Virus record (IMG/VR): IMGVR_UViG_2841231794_000007
Length of the DNA stretch: 64,000 nt
Source of the DNA: a virus
Strand: one strand, 5' to 3'
Part shown: piece by piece, positions 51,396 through 60,683 of the stretch
Layout of the letters: each line of letters begins with the position of its first letter
How positions within the stretch are numbered: position 1 is the stretch's first letter
The notes under the pieces: model-generated
Told to the model about the DNA's origin: nothing
What the model saw: the letters and a program-made list of their open reading frames with translations, nothing else
The model's database searches: none
Made by a program: the position numbers and the translations under genes

Positions 51396-51601
51396 AGAAT
51401 TTCCTTTAATTTTTTGATTGCCATAAGGCATATGAGGTTTGTTTTTTATTTTTACTTATGGGAATTAATTAGAAGGAATTCGCAATGAAGTGGTATCGAG
51501 GATAACGCTAAATGGTGAACGACTTTAAACTGACTAGCATAAATAGGCCTGTACTTCCAAACCAGTGACCCCATTAAGCCACAGATGATCATAAATAGCA
51601 A
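51396..51601 (-). promoter_or_regulatory. cspA-type promoter and long cold-responsive 5'UTR
   Basis: TTGCTA...GTGGCTTAAT followed by GGTTTGGAAGTACAGGCC, like the cspA promoter/cold box; ~170-nt UTR. Confidence 0.7.
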
Positions 51602-51690
51602 ACTTTATTATTTTATCCCTCAGATGTTACGTATCACTACACGTAAATCACGACTGATTTTAACCAATTATCTTATCTGTTTATCAACAT

Positions 51691-51716
51691 AAAAAAACCC
51701 CGTAAAAACGGGGTTT
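51691..51716 (-). terminator. tR'-like terminator downstream of Q
   Basis: AAACCCCGTTTTTACGGGGTTTTTTT on minus strand. Confidence 0.65.
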
Positions 51717-51769
51717 CAGTTTGTAATCAATACGACACAGAAATAACTCTGATCACAATAGCGTCTTTT

Positions 51770-52207
51770 TTACGATCGTACAGCATTAATTTTTAAATCA
51801 TGTAATTTGTTCATAAATGTCCGCATACCTCCATGATGTGATGTACCGTCCATTTCCAGTTTTACATCTCCCATTATGAGCATTCCTTCCACCAGCCCTT
51901 CTGCCTTCTGGAGTTTTTTCCCTATGTGAGTGTCTGAGCACCCGTATTTCTTGGCCAACTGAATAAACGTCTTACCGAAAACATAGTAATCAAAAAGCAG
52001 ATCATGCATATCGCTGTTGCGGATGTTCAGTTTTGCCATAATGCCGGATATCACCAGTGCATCATTATCAGTACATTGCTGACGACTCTTAACTTTTTCA
52101 GGGATCAGCCCTTTAAACCCGGCAGCAATTGGTGACCAATATACTGATTCCTGATTATCAACAACCCAAGCCCCCCACCGTTCTAACACCTGGCGAATAT
52201 CACGCAT
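51770..52207 (-). CDS. Late antiterminator Q (phage 21/YbcQ family)
   Basis: [14 protein letters not shown]...AAGFKGLIP...LQKAEG. Confidence 0.92.
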   Translation of the reverse strand: MRDIRQVLERWGAWVVDNQESVYWSPIAAGFKGLIPEKVKSRQQCTDNDALVISGIMAKLNIRNSDMHDLLFDYYVFGKTFIQLAKKYGCSDTHIGKKLQKAEGLVEGMLIMGDVKLEMDGTSHHGGMRTFMNKLHDLKINAVRS

Positions 52208-52327
52208 ACATTACCTCGTTATTTTGCAGGCTATGAGGTTTAATATCTTCCGATAAAATAGAAATGACGCTTCCCGTATAGTTGCCCTGAAGAGTAGTGT
52301 TGCTCCAATGTTTCTCTCTCATTGTTC

Positions 52328-52507
52328 TCACTCCTGTATGCCTTTCATCTCGAACTCGGTCATAAGCACACCGATGTAGATTATGTACGCTTCGCACCAG
52401 GTATCCCGGTGAAACGTCCTGACTGTGTACCGGTTTATTTTCAACTCAGTCGCCAGTGTCGCCTGATTACCATAGTGTTCAGGTATCGGTGTAATTTCAG
52501 GTCTTAC
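52328..52507 (-). pseudogene. ninH: NinH-like frame with non-canonical (GTA) start
   Basis: Same frame as 8129-8308 but GTG>GTA. Confidence 0.4.
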
Positions 52508-53135
52508 GCTTTAACTCCCTCACTTTCGCACGGTACTCATCGCGTATACGGATATAGTCTTCCCGCTTCCAGTGCGGTATCTCATGCGGACCGCGTAACC
52601 AGTCAACTAACTCCTGTCCAAATTTTTCAATCAGCCGTAACTCGTATTTCTGCGTTACAGTGTTATTTTTGTGTGAGAATTTACCGGCCCCCGCATTGCA
52701 TGATTTACATTGCTTATAGGCATTTCGCTCCTCAAACCGCAGCTCAGGATGTGACCCGACAGACAGAAAATGACCGCAGTCCCACTGCCCACCATGTAAA
52801 TCAGGCGGATTAGGTTCACCACAGCTGATGCATGGTTCATCGCTGTCTCTGAGTCTGATGAATTGGTTAAACGCTGTTTGTGCTTGCTGCCGGAAATATG
52901 AGGTAGGTTTTACTGCTAACTTGCGGATTTTTAATTTATCTTTTGCTTCACGCTCTTTTTGCTGCTGCTCCTTTCTTAATTTGGCTTCAGCCTTTTCCCT
53001 TTCCCTGCTTCGTCGCTTTATTGCCAACTCAGCACCATGCTCCGGACAGCACCACCATTCGTTACTGAATTTCGGGTGAAACCAGTCGCGGCATATCAGG
53101 CATTTTCGCCGCGGTTGCTTTGCCACTCTCACCAT
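52497..53135 (-). CDS. ninG: NinG/Rap recombination endonuclease
   Basis: FNQFIRLRD...CISCG...WDCGH...QCKSCN. Confidence 0.92.
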   Translation of the reverse strand: MVRVAKQPRRKCLICRDWFHPKFSNEWWCCPEHGAELAIKRRSREREKAEAKLRKEQQQKEREAKDKLKIRKLAVKPTSYFRQQAQTAFNQFIRLRDSDEPCISCGEPNPPDLHGGQWDCGHFLSVGSHPELRFEERNAYKQCKSCNAGAGKFSHKNNTVTQKYELRLIEKFGQELVDWLRGPHEIPHWKREDYIRIRDEYRAKVRELKRKT

Positions 53136-53247
53136 CTCCTTTTATCTTCTCGACTACTTCCAGATGCGGACATTCACCGGCGCACTGGTCGCAAACATAA
53201 ACTTCATCGTCGGCCAGTCCTTCGCCGCATATTGCGCAGTTCATCAA
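53062..53247 (-). CDS. ninF: NinF-like protein
   Basis: CAICG...EVYVCDQC; upstream of ninG. Confidence 0.6.
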   Translation of the reverse strand: MMNCAICGEGLADDEVYVCDQCAGECPHLEVVEKIKGDGESGKATAAKMPDMPRLVSPEIQ

Positions 53248-53411
53248 ACCCTCCCCTGTAATAAATAATTACGCGAACCCACCATGCTTTAGGTGCAAAG
53301 TGGAGTTTTTTCCGAAGATCATTGATTAATAACTGCTGAACGTTTTTTACTCACTTTTTAGCCAATCTGGTCTATTATAAATCTGAGTGAATAATGAATA
53401 TCGGAGGAACT

Positions 53412-53840
53412 ATGTACAAAAATATCCTTGTTCCGATTGATGTATGGGAAAAAGAACTCACTGATATGGTTACTCCTCATGTTGAAAGCCTCGCTAAACT
53501 TGAAGATGCCCGTATCCATTTTCTTGCGGTTATACCAGCATTCCCATATGGTGGTTTTGAAAGTGGTTTGTCTGTCGCGGATCTGGAAAAGCGACTGATA
53601 GATTCCACAAAAAAAGAATTAGGCGAGATAATCAGGAAATTCAGTTTGCCGGAGGACAGAGCAGACAGATATATCGTAATTGGTCGCCCAAAAGACAAAA
53701 TACTTGAACGTGCCGAAGCTATTAGTGCAGACCTGATTATCATCGGCTCCCGTCGTCCGAGTATTTCTACCTATCTACTCGGCTCCACTGCTGCGGCAGT
53801 CGTCCGTTATGCCAAAACCTCAGTTTTAGTTGTCCGCTGA
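53412..53840 (+). CDS. Universal stress protein (UspF-like moron)
   Basis: MYKNILVPID...PKDKILE...YLLGSTAAAVVRYAKTSVLVVR. Confidence 0.93.
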   Translation: MYKNILVPIDVWEKELTDMVTPHVESLAKLEDARIHFLAVIPAFPYGGFESGLSVADLEKRLIDSTKKELGEIIRKFSLPEDRADRYIVIGRPKDKILERAEAISADLIIIGSRRPSISTYLLGSTAAAVVRYAKTSVLVVR

Positions 53841-54281
53841 CACCAGTCGCCCGCTCCGGCGGGCTTTACCATTTCTTCTCCTGACTCCCTGCACTAGCGA
53901 GTCGAACCAAGTAACATCTGACCGACCGAACCCCGGCTCAATGTATGCCTTGCTGACCACCTTCCCGCAAAATTCGATTAGCTTTCTCTCACCATGCCCG
54001 CTAACCGGCACTAACTCACCACTGGATTCACGCATGTAGCGATACAGTCTGGTGACAGCATCCGGCGATATTGCAAATAACTGACTCACATGGCGATTGT
54101 GCCTGGTTGTGCCGACTTTTCGCAAACATCCGATATACAGCATTTTGTTGGTAAACCACTTAATGAACTCTGCTGAGTTCCCCGTGTGCAGTCCGGCCTC
54201 GTGATTGGTGAACGAATCCAGATCGCGACATGCCCTGATTATGTCAACGCATACTTTGAATTGTTCGTCATTCATCGCCAT
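53826..54281 (-). CDS. Phage hypothetical protein (nin region)
   Basis: ORF; decayed paralog at 9508-9836. Confidence 0.65.
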   Translation of the reverse strand: MAMNDEQFKVCVDIIRACRDLDSFTNHEAGLHTGNSAEFIKWFTNKMLYIGCLRKVGTTRHNRHVSQLFAISPDAVTRLYRYMRESSGELVPVSGHGERKLIEFCGKVVSKAYIEPGFGRSDVTWFDSLVQGVRRRNGKARRSGRLVSADN

Positions 54282-54469
54282 ATCCTGTTAATCATTGCCC
54301 GTGGTGTTGGTTTCAGATATCTGACTACCGGCAGATACACGGTGACGTCGAAATACTGAGGATTGATATTCAGTGACTTCACCGGGTTATACCCCTTACG
54401 CCTGTAGTAAATGCAGAGATTATCGGCTTCGTCATTGGTGAGAAGTCGGTGTATGTGCGGTTCTTTCAT
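54272..54469 (-). CDS. Phage hypothetical protein
   Basis: ORF in nin region. Confidence 0.6.
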   Translation of the reverse strand: MKEPHIHRLLTNDEADNLCIYYRRKGYNPVKSLNINPQYFDVTVYLPVVRYLKPTPRAMINRIWR

Positions 54470-54480
54470 ACGTCCTGCTC

Positions 54481-54924
54481 CTATTCCTGATGTCCGTAAT
54501 GATTAAACCTGTATCGCGCGGCGCGGGGTTTTATACCTTCACCTATAGCCCACGCCTGCGAATATTCGATTAAGCTTGTCATGCGCTTCTTACTCATGTT
54601 TGCGGTACTTTCTCTTGCCAGCGGTACAATCTCTCCCTCAAGTCCCGGAATAAGCGTCCCGTCACGGCCTGTCGCCTTTGCATGTCCGGATACGAAAATA
54701 CATTTCCAGTCCTGCAATCCCCACGTATTGCCAGCCCATACAATGCCCTGCTCTGCTACATTGCCGCACAGCGCATGAAACATGTCATTTTGGGGAAGGG
54801 TTCGCTTCGGATCGGATATTTTTACTTCGAGGGGGAATTCTTCGTTAAGCGGGAGATTGTCGAGCTCTGCCTTGAGATTTCTGAGTATCTGTATATTCCT
54901 GAGAAGGAATGTCTGTTTTTGCAT
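54481..54924 (-). CDS. ninB: NinB/Orf recombination protein
   Basis: KRTLPQNDMFHAL...WKCIF...STANMSK. Confidence 0.88.
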   Translation of the reverse strand: MQKQTFLLRNIQILRNLKAELDNLPLNEEFPLEVKISDPKRTLPQNDMFHALCGNVAEQGIVWAGNTWGLQDWKCIFVSGHAKATGRDGTLIPGLEGEIVPLARESTANMSKKRMTSLIEYSQAWAIGEGIKPRAARYRFNHYGHQE

Positions 54925-54945
54925 TCAACCTCCTGAGGTTATCGG

Positions 54946-54974
54946 TTGCCGTTAGTTTCTTACGGGTGTATTTT
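54946..54974 (+). promoter_or_regulatory. Putative sigma70 promoter for the tRNA pair
   Basis: TTGCCG-17bp-TATTTT, 9 bp upstream of tRNA-Lys. Confidence 0.45.
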
Positions 54975-54983
54975 AATTTCTTC

Positions 54984-55059
54984 GGGTCGTTAGCTCAGCC
55001 GGTAGAGCAGTTGACTCTTAATCAATTGGTCGGGAGTTCGAGCCTCCCACGACCCACCA
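54984..55059 (+). tRNA. tRNA-Lys(CTT)
   Basis: Full cloverleaf: GGGTCGT/ACGACCC acceptor, GTTGA-CT-CTT-AA-TCAAT anticodon arm, TTCG loop, CCA. Confidence 0.93.
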
Positions 55060-55061
55060 TT

Positions 55062-55136
<75 letters not shown>

Positions 55137-55172
55137 ATCATTTCAAAAAGTCTTCTGTCCTGGGTTATGACG

Positions 55173-55901
55173 CTACTTAACCTGCCTGCGGAAGCTTTCC
55201 CATGTGAAATTGATAACGGTCGGCGAACCCATTCTCAGGCGGTCAATAACCCGATCATCCAATGCTTTTGCCAGTTCGTCAAAATTGAGATTGGTCAGCA
55301 CACCTACCGGTTTTTTATTCGATAACCGGCGGTCTACCACCTGAAAAATAATCAGTTCTTCGTTCAGGTTATTGCGCTGTACGCCGACATCATCCAGCAC
55401 CAGTAAATCCACTTCACACAGGTCGCTGATCAGCTGCGACTCAGTAGTTTTTGCCCCTTTCTGGTATGTCTCACGGACACGCATCATCAGGTCTGGCAGA
55501 GTGGCAATCAGAATGCTTTTCCCGTTCCGGATTATCTGGTTGCCGATAGCCGCTGCCAGATGGTTTTTACCGGTGCCGGGATTACCGCTGAAAATAAATC
55601 CGCCAAATGATTTACCAAACTCAGATGCGTACTGCTGTGATTTACTGAGTGCCCGCTGTTGTTCCGGCGTTGTCACCAGATAGTTCTCAAACGTGCATTC
55701 CTGGTGTAACGGGCTGATACCGGAACGCCCCATGATTTTATGCAGTCGAGCCACACGGTTTTCGTCAGCAATCCGTTTCGCATCGATAGCGCCCTGCTCA
55801 CGCTGCCACGCCATCAGCTCAGCAGCATTCGTGAATTTTGGCTTGATGTGCTCCGGCTTCATGCGGTTAAACCTCGCCAGAGTCTGTGCTGCTGTTGCCA
55901 T
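55173..55901 (-). CDS. DnaC/IstB-like helicase loader ATPase
   Basis: GNPGTGKNHLA; LLVLDDVG; DRVIDRL. Confidence 0.92.
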   Translation of the reverse strand: MATAAQTLARFNRMKPEHIKPKFTNAAELMAWQREQGAIDAKRIADENRVARLHKIMGRSGISPLHQECTFENYLVTTPEQQRALSKSQQYASEFGKSFGGFIFSGNPGTGKNHLAAAIGNQIIRNGKSILIATLPDLMMRVRETYQKGAKTTESQLISDLCEVDLLVLDDVGVQRNNLNEELIIFQVVDRRLSNKKPVGVLTNLNFDELAKALDDRVIDRLRMGSPTVINFTWESFRRQVK

Positions 55902-56692
55902 CAGAAGTCCTCCGGTATGAATTGCTGAACACGCTTAGGCCGGACAATGCGTTGCCGTGTTGGTGGTGATTTCGGCATAAACAAGCCAGTCCACCCGTTT
56001 GATATCGATTCGTCGATTACGCTCTCAGGTGTATACCCAGCCTCGTAAAATTTAGTCAGCCTGGATATCAGCCCGTTTAGTGTCTGTTTTGTCCTGATCG
56101 GTTTTTTCAGGTCTTTCCGGTAGGTAACCCAGCTCACCCAGGTATCACGGCTCAACCAGTCAGGCAGCGGGTGTGCATTTGCATCAAAGGGTTCTGGCTT
56201 GGACGGTTTTTCAGGTTTAGGGGATATAGGGGTATATATATTTTCTTTTTTCTTTAAAGTATTTCTTTTGTGTGTCTCCAAACCAGAGACATCATTTGTC
56301 TCTAACTTAGAGACTTTTTTTGTCTCCAGATTAGAGACAGTGTCTCTAAGTTGATTTTTCCACGCCGAAACCTCCTTGTTAACCCCAATCTTATTGCCAT
56401 CTTTCACGATGTAATTCATTGAAATTAATTCGTTCTTTGCCTTGTTAACGTTCTGACGGGACAGGCCGGTAATTTCCGACAGCTGAGAATCTGCTATCCG
56501 GTCATTTTTCTTCCCGAACCCGTATGTTTTTCTGATCAGTGCCAACATTACCCGGAACTGTCTGGCTGTCAGATTGCAGCATGAAAGAGACTCCAGCAGT
56601 TCGTTGGCGAGTTTAGTGTAACCATCGTCCAGGTCTGCCACTCGTGGTTGCTCCTGCTTAACAGGGAATTCATACACTTCCGCTGTATTCAT
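55901..56692 (-). CDS. Replication initiator O-like
   Basis: ADLDDGYTKLANELLE...RKTYGF. Confidence 0.92.
   Translation of the reverse strand: MNTAEVYEFPVKQEQPRVADLDDGYTKLANELLESLSCCNLTARQFRVMLALIRKTYGFGKKNDRIADSQLSEITGLSRQNVNKAKNELISMNYIVKDGNKIGVNKEVSAWKNQLRDTVSNLETKKVSKLETNDVSGLETHKRNTLKKKENIYTPISPKPEKPSKPEPFDANAHPLPDWLSRDTWVSWVTYRKDLKKPIRTKQTLNGLISRLTKFYEAGYTPESVIDESISNGWTGLFMPKSPPTRQRIVRPKRVQQFIPEDF
56273..56350. repeat. Replication-origin iterons within O
   Basis: Three TGTCTC-N7-GAGAC palindromes plus a half site, next to an AT-rich tract (56234-56270). Confidence 0.8.
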
Positions 56693-56796
56693 AGCGACCT
56701 CCATATCTTTGTTTCATAATTACTTTCATGTATAATTACTCCGTTATTTGCTGTATCAAAAAAGGGAAACTTTATGTTTCCCTCTTTTCAACAATA

Positions 56797-56812
56797 CTGG
56801 CTATTGATACAG
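56797..56812. promoter_or_regulatory. LexA-like box in the cII-O intergenic region
   Basis: taCTGGCTATTGATACAGtg = CTG-N10-CAG. Confidence 0.6.
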
Positions 56813-56833
56813 TGTAAATATTAAGTGCTTTTC

Positions 56834-57160
56834 TTAATGCGCCTCTGCTGCTCCAACAGTCGGGGCGTTTTCTTTGATTCTCATCTGAGAGAGTTCACCA
56901 ATCTGTTTCCACAGAAACCGATACTCCTCCTCACTGATTTTTCTCTCGCCAGGCAAAACAAAATCCGTGATACCGGCCGCGGCTAATGTCTCGCATATCT
57001 CCGGTAACTTTTCTGTTCTGCGCAGGATTGTTGAATCGTGAACACCGAGTAGCTTTGCAACTACCGTCTGTGTGGTGTTTCTGATTGCCTGATGAGCAGT
57101 TGTCATCAGATGATTTGACACAAACCGGTTGAACGATTTGCGTGGATTTGCATTTTCCAT
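56834..57160 (-). CDS. CII-like transcriptional activator
   Basis: QTVVAKLLGVHDSTILR HTH; between cro and O. Confidence 0.75.
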   Translation of the reverse strand: MENANPRKSFNRFVSNHLMTTAHQAIRNTTQTVVAKLLGVHDSTILRRTEKLPEICETLAAAGITDFVLPGERKISEEEYRFLWKQIGELSQMRIKENAPTVGAAEAH

Positions 57161-57228
57161 AATGTAAATTCCTTTTGGTATAGATAGTCCGTAGCTCACA
57201 TCCTGTGAGGTAGTTTTATATGTAAATC

Positions 57229-57282
57229 GTCACTTTATCAGTGACTCCGTAGCAGCTAACAGCTCTGCGATTGTTAAAGAGC
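57229..57282 (-). promoter_or_regulatory. nutR (boxA plus boxB)
   Basis: Minus strand GCTCTTTAACAA then GTCACT-GATAA-AGTGAC hairpin. Confidence 0.7.
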
Positions 57283-57290
57283 CAGGGTAA

Positions 57291-57500
57291 CTACATATAC
57301 CTCTGCGGATACAAAATCTGCATTTCAGTGATTTTTTTTTCGTAAAATTTCACCAATTTTTCAGCAATCTCAAGTGATGCCGTCTGAGCGCCACGCTCCA
57401 AACGACTGAGGTTCCCGACATCGTAGTTAATTGCGGCCGCCACCTCTGCAATTGTTAATTGCTTTTCCAAACGAATTTTCCTTAAAGGCGTTATTTGCAT
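57291..57500 (-). CDS. Cro-like repressor
   Basis: HTH with VGNLSRLERG; divergent from cI. Confidence 0.85.
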   Translation of the reverse strand: MQITPLRKIRLEKQLTIAEVAAAINYDVGNLSRLERGAQTASLEIAEKLVKFYEKKITEMQILYPQRYM

Positions 57501-57517
57501 ATCTCACTCCACCTTGA

Positions 57518-57579
57518 ATGCGCCATACGCATATTACCATATACTTTGATATGCGCAATACGCTTTGTGTGAGACGCAT
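57518..57579. promoter_or_regulatory. OR operators (three ATGCG-N5-CGCAT sites)
   Basis: ATGCGCCATACGCAT, ATGCGCAATACGCTT, TTGTGTGAGACGCAT. Confidence 0.75.
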
Positions 57580-57599
57580 AAATAAAGTTGAATGATAAT

Positions 57600-58247
57600 A
57601 TGAAAATAGGAACAAAAATTAGAGCTCTCAGAAAACAGAAGGGATTAACAATCCTGCAATTAGCCACTGCTATTGATAGCGACGTGGGGAATATCTCTCG
57701 CCTTGAAAGGAATATCCAAGGCTACTCCGAGAGCACATTAACAAAAATTGCGGCTGCTCTTGGTGTCACGGTAGCCGACCTATTCTCCGATACCACTACA
57801 CAGCAACAAGATGATAATGTTGAGTTTGTTGGATTCGTCCCCAATGGCATGGTTAAAGTAGTTGGGGAAGCATTCCTGGGGATTGATGGCGCAGTGGATA
57901 TGATAGAGGCCCTTGAGGGATGGGTTCAAATTTACAGCGATGATAAGGACGCTTATGCCCTCAAAGTTAAGGGTGACAGTATGTGGCCCAGGATTCAGTC
58001 AGGTGAGTATGTGGTTGTTGAGCCCAACACAGTAGTCAGATCCGGCGATGAGGTCTTTGTGCGCACTGTTGAAGGTAAGAACATGGTAAAAATACTGAAT
58101 AAAACCAGAGATGGTAGTTACCAATTCACCAGCGTCAACAATACTCACCCGCCAATCACAGTTGATCCACGTGAAGTGGAAAAAATGCATTATGTGGCAG
58201 CGATTGTAAAGCCGACTAAGTTTATCGATAAGTGCGAGCAATCATAA
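57600..58247 (+). CDS. CI-like repressor (HTH plus S24 peptidase)
   Basis: N-terminal HTH; GDSM...VK autopeptidase dyad. Confidence 0.92.
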   Translation: MKIGTKIRALRKQKGLTILQLATAIDSDVGNISRLERNIQGYSESTLTKIAAALGVTVADLFSDTTTQQQDDNVEFVGFVPNGMVKVVGEAFLGIDGAVDMIEALEGWVQIYSDDKDAYALKVKGDSMWPRIQSGEYVVVEPNTVVRSGDEVFVRTVEGKNMVKILNKTRDGSYQFTSVNNTHPPITVDPREVEKMHYVAAIVKPTKFIDKCEQS

Positions 58248-58285
58248 GCCAGTACTGATAATCAAACGTGTTCTAAGGACAAACT

Positions 58286-58627
58286 ATGGCATTCAGTGAC
58301 ACTGAAGTCGTACAAATTAAACAATGTATGAACTATTTCATGGAAAAGCGTCGCCCACCAAAACATATCCGGGATGAACATGACCTTCAGTATCGTATTG
58401 AAGACGATAGCGTAATCATTTTCGAGGTTAGACAACTGTCCTGGAGCACCGGACGTGCGGAAGAAATGCTGGCCAAAATAACAAACAACAGAAACAGCAA
58501 CTCGTGGTCTCTGTTCTGGTCTACTGAGAATAATGAATGGCGACACTACGACGGCCGAATGATAGGCAGTTTTTCTGACGCAATAAAAATTATTGATGAA
58601 GATGCAAATCATCGATTCTTTGGCTGA
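58286..58627 (+). CDS. DUF3024-family protein (rex position)
   Basis: RRPPKHIRDE...IIFEVR...WSLFW...W..Y...FFG. Confidence 0.75.
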   Translation: MAFSDTEVVQIKQCMNYFMEKRRPPKHIRDEHDLQYRIEDDSVIIFEVRQLSWSTGRAEEMLAKITNNRNSNSWSLFWSTENNEWRHYDGRMIGSFSDAIKIIDEDANHRFFG

Positions 58628-58779
58628 CAGCCTGATGACATATTTTAGAGTAAGGTGGTAGGTGTAGAAATACATAATAAGGATATGACAGTGATAAAAG
58701 TTGGCAGGGCTATCCTGGCGGTGAACGCATAGGTGAAGGGCAGCATAACCCCAGCCCTCCCCGCGAGGGCTTTTTTATA

Positions 58780-58977
58780 TCAATTATCGCTCATCAGGTC
58801 GATAGCAACCTCATAAACCTCATTCATAAATCTGTCTATTTCTTGTTCTTTATGGGAGTACAGCAATTGCCTGATATTTCCTTTCGTTATCATCTGCCGT
58901 GAATCCAGTAACATAATAGCCGCTCTGCCTGTTACTCTGCATACTTCACTGTAAATCAGTTCTCGTTCGTCACTCAT
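58780..58977 (-). CDS. Hypothetical protein (DUF2767-like)
   Basis: YSEVCRVTGRA motif. Confidence 0.5.
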   Translation of the reverse strand: MSDERELIYSEVCRVTGRAAIMLLDSRQMITKGNIRQLLYSHKEQEIDRFMNEVYEVAIDLMSDN

Positions 58978-59165
58978 TCATCACCTCTGTATATTTATTC
59001 AACAATAACATCCACAGCAGCGCTTGGACAGAAAATAATTGTATATTTTTTGTTCCACCCCATGTGATCTACGCCAGATTTTGACGATTTTAAAAAAGAC
59101 AAATCACAAATAAAATCAACAATATAAATATCTTAAATCTTATCTAACATTACCCAAGCTAAAAT

Positions 59166-59200
59166 ATGCGCTTGACGCATTTGCGTCAAATGCATATCAT
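59166..59200 (+). promoter_or_regulatory. pL promoter with OL operators
   Basis: ATGCGCTTGACGCAT and TTGCGTCAAATGCAT; TTGACG-17bp-TATCAT. Confidence 0.75.
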
Positions 59201-59231
59201 CATATCCATCAACGGAACACAGCACGTTGAT

Positions 59232-59297
59232 GTTCTTTAAAAACGATGATAGCAAGCTGTGTATTGGCTGTCAGAACGGTGACGCTGATAAAGCGTC
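59232..59297 (+). promoter_or_regulatory. nutL (boxA-like plus boxB)
   Basis: GTTCTTTAAAAA and GACGCT-GATAA-AGCGTC hairpin with the same loop as nutR. Confidence 0.65.
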
Positions 59298-59373
59298 AGC
59301 CTTCTCAGAAGGTTTCGGGATTGAAGCAACACATGGTTGTACCAATCGCCAAAGCCGACTGTTTGGAGGAAAT

Positions 59374-59682
59374 ATGGCAATAATCATAGTGAAAAAATCA
59401 CGCAAGCCTGAATTTTTACGTGGCAACTCAGCAAACAGGCGTCACGCCAGGAGAAAGGCTGAAGCGATTGCCACCAAAAATGTAAAAATGAAGTTGGAGG
59501 AAATATTCAGAACTGAACCGGACAAAAGCCCAATGAGCCGAGTAGAAAAAGCCACATCCGCATGCAGCACCCCAGTTTATGATTCACCGGACAACTGCTG
59601 CTTAAACACAACTGCCCTGTATTCAACTAAGCGATATAAGTCAAAACCAAAAACAGAATTTGGTATCACGGCCAGAGCATAG
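59374..59682 (+). CDS. N-like antiterminator
   Basis: Arginine-rich motif GNSANRRHARRK; first gene of pL operon. Confidence 0.75.
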   Translation: MAIIIVKKSRKPEFLRGNSANRRHARRKAEAIATKNVKMKLEEIFRTEPDKSPMSRVEKATSACSTPVYDSPDNCCLNTTALYSTKRYKSKPKTEFGITARA

Positions 59683-59710
59683 CCCATCCTATGAATGGGC
59701 TGACCAAGTA

Positions 59711-59920
59711 TTACTTAAGGTAGAGCAAGTCCAGTGCTGCTTTCTCTGCATCTTCTGGCTCATCAAATGACTCCAGAATGTGCGGGTACCTTGCTGCCTG
59801 ACTCAAACTTTTAATATTTTTCTCAATTTCGGATTTTTGCTCGGTAGTCAGCGCGTCAAAAATTGATTTTAGCAAAATATGCTGCGCGTCCAGACGCTTT
59901 GCAATCACTTCATTATTCAT
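59711..59920 (-). CDS. Hypothetical protein (moron)
   Basis: ORF opposite to pL operon. Confidence 0.5.
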   Translation of the reverse strand: MNNEVIAKRLDAQHILLKSIFDALTTEQKSEIEKNIKSLSQAARYPHILESFDEPEDAEKAALDLLYLK

Positions 59921-60274
59921 CTTATTTATCTCATTTTATAGGGTTAAAAGCATCTTAACGGATTTCTATCTGTAACACACGGTACCTCATCTGATATGGT
60001 TAAAAGCAGACACTTCACCCCATCACATTTACGGTGGATGTTAGGTTAAATAAAACAGGAGATGGATATGACGTGTAGCAATAAGTACTGCATCGACTGA
60101 ATTGAGCTCATCACATGTTGCTCAGGCAGAGGCGTATGCCGGAAGCTGCTGCAAAGAGTGCAACAATGAGAACATAGAGCCAACAGATAAAAGCATTTTT
60201 GATTACCTGAAATATATCGGGCGTCTTGGCGTCTGACAGCCCAGGATACGATCCCCCAGTCAGTAATCTGAAAT

Positions 60275-60592
60275 TTATATTTTCTGCTTCAGAATAGAAT
60301 AGTAACAGTCTGATATCTTAATTAGATTAACCCCGGGGCGGACGCTGGATTCAACAACTTCCAAAACATCTTTATCAATCAAACGCTTTGCTGCTTTTTT
60401 ATAAATTCTGATTTTCCTTTTTTTGTATTTTCCATTAAGAAAATATATCAGTAATGCGCGTTCTTCATCATCGAAATTTTTTATTACTTTGGGAGCTTTT
60501 ATGAATCGAAAAATTACTTTTTTTATTAGCTCACTCATTATCTCTCCATAATCCATTGAACATCCGAATAATATTCTAGCATAAATTAACAT
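60275..60592 (-). CDS. Hypothetical protein, possibly SieB-related
   Basis: AT-rich, antisense to pL operon downstream of N (sieB position); start uncertain. Confidence 0.4.
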   Translation of the reverse strand: MLIYARILFGCSMDYGEIMSELIKKVIFRFIKAPKVIKNFDDEERALLIYFLNGKYKKRKIRIYKKAAKRLIDKDVLEVVESSVRPGVNLIKISDCYYSILKQKI

Positions 60593-60683
60593 ATGATTTT
60601 ACTGAAATTTTAACTTTTCTCTCAATGCCGGGATAACTATTCGGACATCACGTAGCACAGGGAAGTGTATAGGAGGAAGTAAC

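Noticed and set aside
60254..60268. Spot42-like CCCCAGTCAGTAAT
   Set aside because: Short match with no complementary stem arm; probably chance
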